Origin: Candidatus Omnitrophota bacterium
GTDB taxonomy: Bacteria > Omnitrophota > Gorgyraeia > 2-01-FULL-45-10
DNA: 64,000 nucleotides
NCBI GenBank assembly: GCA_903843285.1
Contig: CAIMPC010000057.1
Location: forward strand, 6,456-70,455
Direction of reading: 5' to 3'
The notes below the pieces were generated by a model. That model did not search any database. It was given only the letters and a program-made list of their open reading frames with translations, and had not been told where the DNA came from. This document shows, piece by piece, positions 61,734-64,000 of the stretch (its first letter is position 1; each line of letters starts with the position of its first letter). The position numbers were made by a program, and so were the translations under genes.

Positions 61734-61837
61734 GTCATTCTGACCCTGAGCGGAGCGCACTCCGTCATTCTGAGGGAGGCCATCGGCCGACCGAAGAATC
61801 TCGCTCATTAGATCCCTCGGCTACGCCTCAGGATGAC
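61734..61837. repeat. Composite CGTC-type REP cluster
   Basis: GTCATTCTGA x2, GGCCATCGGCCGACCGAAGAATC, ...CTCAGGATGAC. Confidence 0.85.
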
Positions 61838-61861
61838 GTAATTCATGTTTCCCAACATTCC

Positions 61862-62395
61862 CTATAAGAGAATCCTCGTTACAACTATCGACGCCTTAAC
61901 ACCTTTACTATCTTTTTCCTGCGAGCCGAATCGCACCCGCGTTGTCCTGAGTAATAACGGTGATGTATTTATCTGATACAGAAAATTCGCTATAGACTCC
62001 GGATCGCCCTGTATCTCCAGGTCCATCGTGTACTCGGTATAAAAATCGACCTGCTGAGGCGAGCGCGTCTTCACATCTATCATGGAGACATGCGCCTTGC
62101 GCGCTAAACCTTCGATCTCGTCTAGGGTCTTCGAGACCTCTTCCTCGTCCGATTCGGTCTTCCTTATATTTTTTTCATATTTCTGGTATTCCGCCAATAC
62201 TGCGTCCTTTTGATTCAGGTTACGCAGGCCGAGAACAAGCCTCTTTTCATCCGTCTTAATATCGTGATTCAGTTTACGGAAACTGGACGCTATCGGAGAA
62301 ATAATCAGCCTGTCGAAAGCGGCTATCGAAATGATGAGGACCGCGATATATAAACCCTTCTTCTCTTTAACCGACAGCTTTGAAAAAAACTCCAT
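61862..62395 (-). CDS. Type IV pilus/T2SS inner-membrane protein PilO/GspM-like
   Basis: N-terminal LSxKEK plus TM, coiled coil, IEGLARKAHV, FYTEY...G...IANFLYQI. Follows pilMN. Confidence 0.8.
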   Translation of the reverse strand: MEFFSKLSVKEKKGLYIAVLIISIAAFDRLIISPIASSFRKLNHDIKTDEKRLVLGLRNLNQKDAVLAEYQKYEKNIRKTESDEEEVSKTLDEIEGLARKAHVSMIDVKTRSPQQVDFYTEYTMDLEIQGDPESIANFLYQINTSPLLLRTTRVRFGSQEKDSKGVKASIVVTRILL

Positions 62396-62401
62396 CTATT
62401 T

Positions 62402-63904
62402 TTACCCCTTCTGAAAAGAACAGACTATCTCAAACTCCGCGTATTCCGTCTCATCCTCTTTCTTTGTGGTGGTATAGGTCGTCTTTACATTCTCGAACAA
62501 AACCGAATTTTCCAGCGTCGTCACATACTTAAAGACGTCGGACATCTTTCCCCCGCGGCCACGCAGGACAAGCCTGCGGCCCTCGTCTATATCTACGTTG
62601 GTGAAATATATCTCCCTGGGCGTTATCCTATATAGCTCGGCGAGTACGGTTATGCACGAATCCTTAGTGTCCATGCGGCTTCTGATCAGATCGACAGCTG
62701 AGCGCATCTTCTCAACCTTTATCGAGTCGCTCTCTACCCTGGCGATAGCTGACTTAAGGCTTGCCCTGTACGTGTTCTTCACCTGTATTCTGACAAGCAC
62801 TAATAATGATGCCATCGTAATGATGGCCGCGATAAGCACGCCGGTAACCATCAGCTCCTGCCTCTTAGCGTCGACGATCTTTTTGATGCGCAGTTCGAGC
62901 GGCGTCAGGTCTATGCTCGGATCTTTTCCGGAGAGCGCCATTCCCACCAGCGGCGTAATGGATACATGGTTAGAACTCTGACTGTCGATTACGCTGCGGT
63001 CGCACTTGCCCTCTACCCCTTTCGTGGGATCGGTATACTCCACCGGAATTCCCAGCTTGGCCGATAGGGCGGAGTCGAGGTCCTTTATATTCCGCGCCGC
63101 TCCGCTCAGGAACATCTTTTTTATTTTAACGCCCCGCTCATCGCTCTGGTAGCGTTCCAGGGAACGCGTAAGCTCCTCTATAAATTTGTCCCGCCATCCT
63201 CCCGGCGGCGGATCATCCATAAGATGATTTGCGCCGATAAATATGCTCTTCGTGAACGCAAGGCAGTCCTTTGAGACAGCTATCAGGTCGGAGTAATTAG
63301 AGTCTATATCCAGATCCAGGAGAAGCTCTTCCTCCATCTTCGCCAGATCCAGCTGACTTGCATAGGCGTTATTGAACCAGTTATAAACGCCCTCCGAGCT
63401 TACGGCGACCGTCTTAATCGCTATGCCGGCCTTACGCAGTGTATCGACGCGCTCCGTTACGAGGCTGCGCTGAACTATTACCAGCAGGACTTTCGCATAC
63501 CCTTCCCGAGACGATGGGTTTATCTTATATCCGGATATTATCTCTTCCTTAGAGTATGGCGTCTGTTTTCCGATCTGAAGATTTATCATGTCGTCTATCT
63601 CTTTTGGATCGGTCGAAGGAAGTTCGAGGTTTCTGGCAGTGACAAGATGCCTGGGGATATACATTATGACGGGCTCTTTGCCGATATGCAGATCTTTAAA
63701 TATATGCTCCAGCACTATTGAAACGTTATCTTTTATATCCGCGAGCTTTGTAAGGCTTATCTTTTTGATCGCTTTGGCGGACTGGGAATGGTCCTTCTGG
63801 GCCACCTTCAGCCAATCATTGCCTATCTCCACAATGACCATAGATCTTTTGGCATCCGGTTTTTTAGGAAGCATTGCTTTTATTTTATCGAATAGTTTGA
63901 ACAC
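62402..63904 (-). CDS. PilM-PilN fusion (type IV pilus/T2SS GspL-like assembly protein)
   Basis: Actin-like VEIG..WLK, LDID, FLSGAA motifs, then a TM and a PilN-like domain (LYRITPREIYF...LENS..FENV). Confidence 0.85.
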   Translation of the reverse strand: MFKLFDKIKAMLPKKPDAKRSMVIVEIGNDWLKVAQKDHSQSAKAIKKISLTKLADIKDNVSIVLEHIFKDLHIGKEPVIMYIPRHLVTARNLELPSTDPKEIDDMINLQIGKQTPYSKEEIISGYKINPSSREGYAKVLLVIVQRSLVTERVDTLRKAGIAIKTVAVSSEGVYNWFNNAYASQLDLAKMEEELLLDLDIDSNYSDLIAVSKDCLAFTKSIFIGANHLMDDPPPGGWRDKFIEELTRSLERYQSDERGVKIKKMFLSGAARNIKDLDSALSAKLGIPVEYTDPTKGVEGKCDRSVIDSQSSNHVSITPLVGMALSGKDPSIDLTPLELRIKKIVDAKRQELMVTGVLIAAIITMASLLVLVRIQVKNTYRASLKSAIARVESDSIKVEKMRSAVDLIRSRMDTKDSCITVLAELYRITPREIYFTNVDIDEGRRLVLRGRGGKMSDVFKYVTTLENSVLFENVKTTYTTTKKEDETEYAEFEIVCSFQKG

Positions 63905-63920
63905 TCAAACCTCTTTCACT

Positions 63921-64000
63921 GTCATTCTGAGGTAGGCCATCGGCCGACTCTGTCATTCTGAGCGAAGCGAAGAATCCAGATCCTTCGTCGCTTCGCTCCT
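63921..64000. repeat. CGTC-type REP cluster (runs off the window edge)
   Basis: GTCATTCTGAGGTAGGCCATCGGCCGAC and GTCATTCTGAGCGAAGCGAAGAATCCAGATCCTTCG. Confidence 0.85.

Noticed and set aside
516-64000. GTCATTCTGA repeats as a CRISPR array
   Set aside because: They are dispersed, palindromic and variable, with no regular repeat-spacer period and no cas genes.

Overview
Bacterial window in which every credible gene lies on the minus strand. The giant multidomain gene, TMTC-like glycosyltransferase, TIGR04073-like protein and pilMN/pilO suggest Ca. Omnitrophota/PVC, but this is inference only. There are three parts. (1) 633-30692 is a 10,019-aa membrane protein followed by the start of a second signal-peptide protein, and both genes have closely similar sigma70 promoters. 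By motif reading, the giant protein is a mosaic of degenerate host-type domains: TraB/ChaN-like, SecA-like, OpgG/MdoG-like, TolC-like helical repeats, OpgH/MdoH-like GT2 and RelA/SpoT-like. It also has two internal repeat arrays and in-frame palindromic MITE/REP insertions. (2) 30969-34680 holds core genes: der, a TMTC-like GT-C/TPR protein and rubrerythrin. (3) About 34.7-60.4 kb is a ~25.7-kb block bounded by two inverted copies of a 142-bp MITE. It carries a complete gas-vesicle cluster (gvpA/C-like/N/V-like/F-L x5/G/O/J/K), a proteostasis kit (Cdc48-type AAA, Get3/ArsA-like ATPase, Hsp20, split DnaJ parts), two-component systems, a sigma54 activator, its own rpoN and a consensus sigma54 promoter ahead of gvpA. 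The window ends with pilO and a pilMN fusion. I saw no rRNA, tRNA or CRISPR array. All domain calls come from reading motifs by eye, not from database searches.
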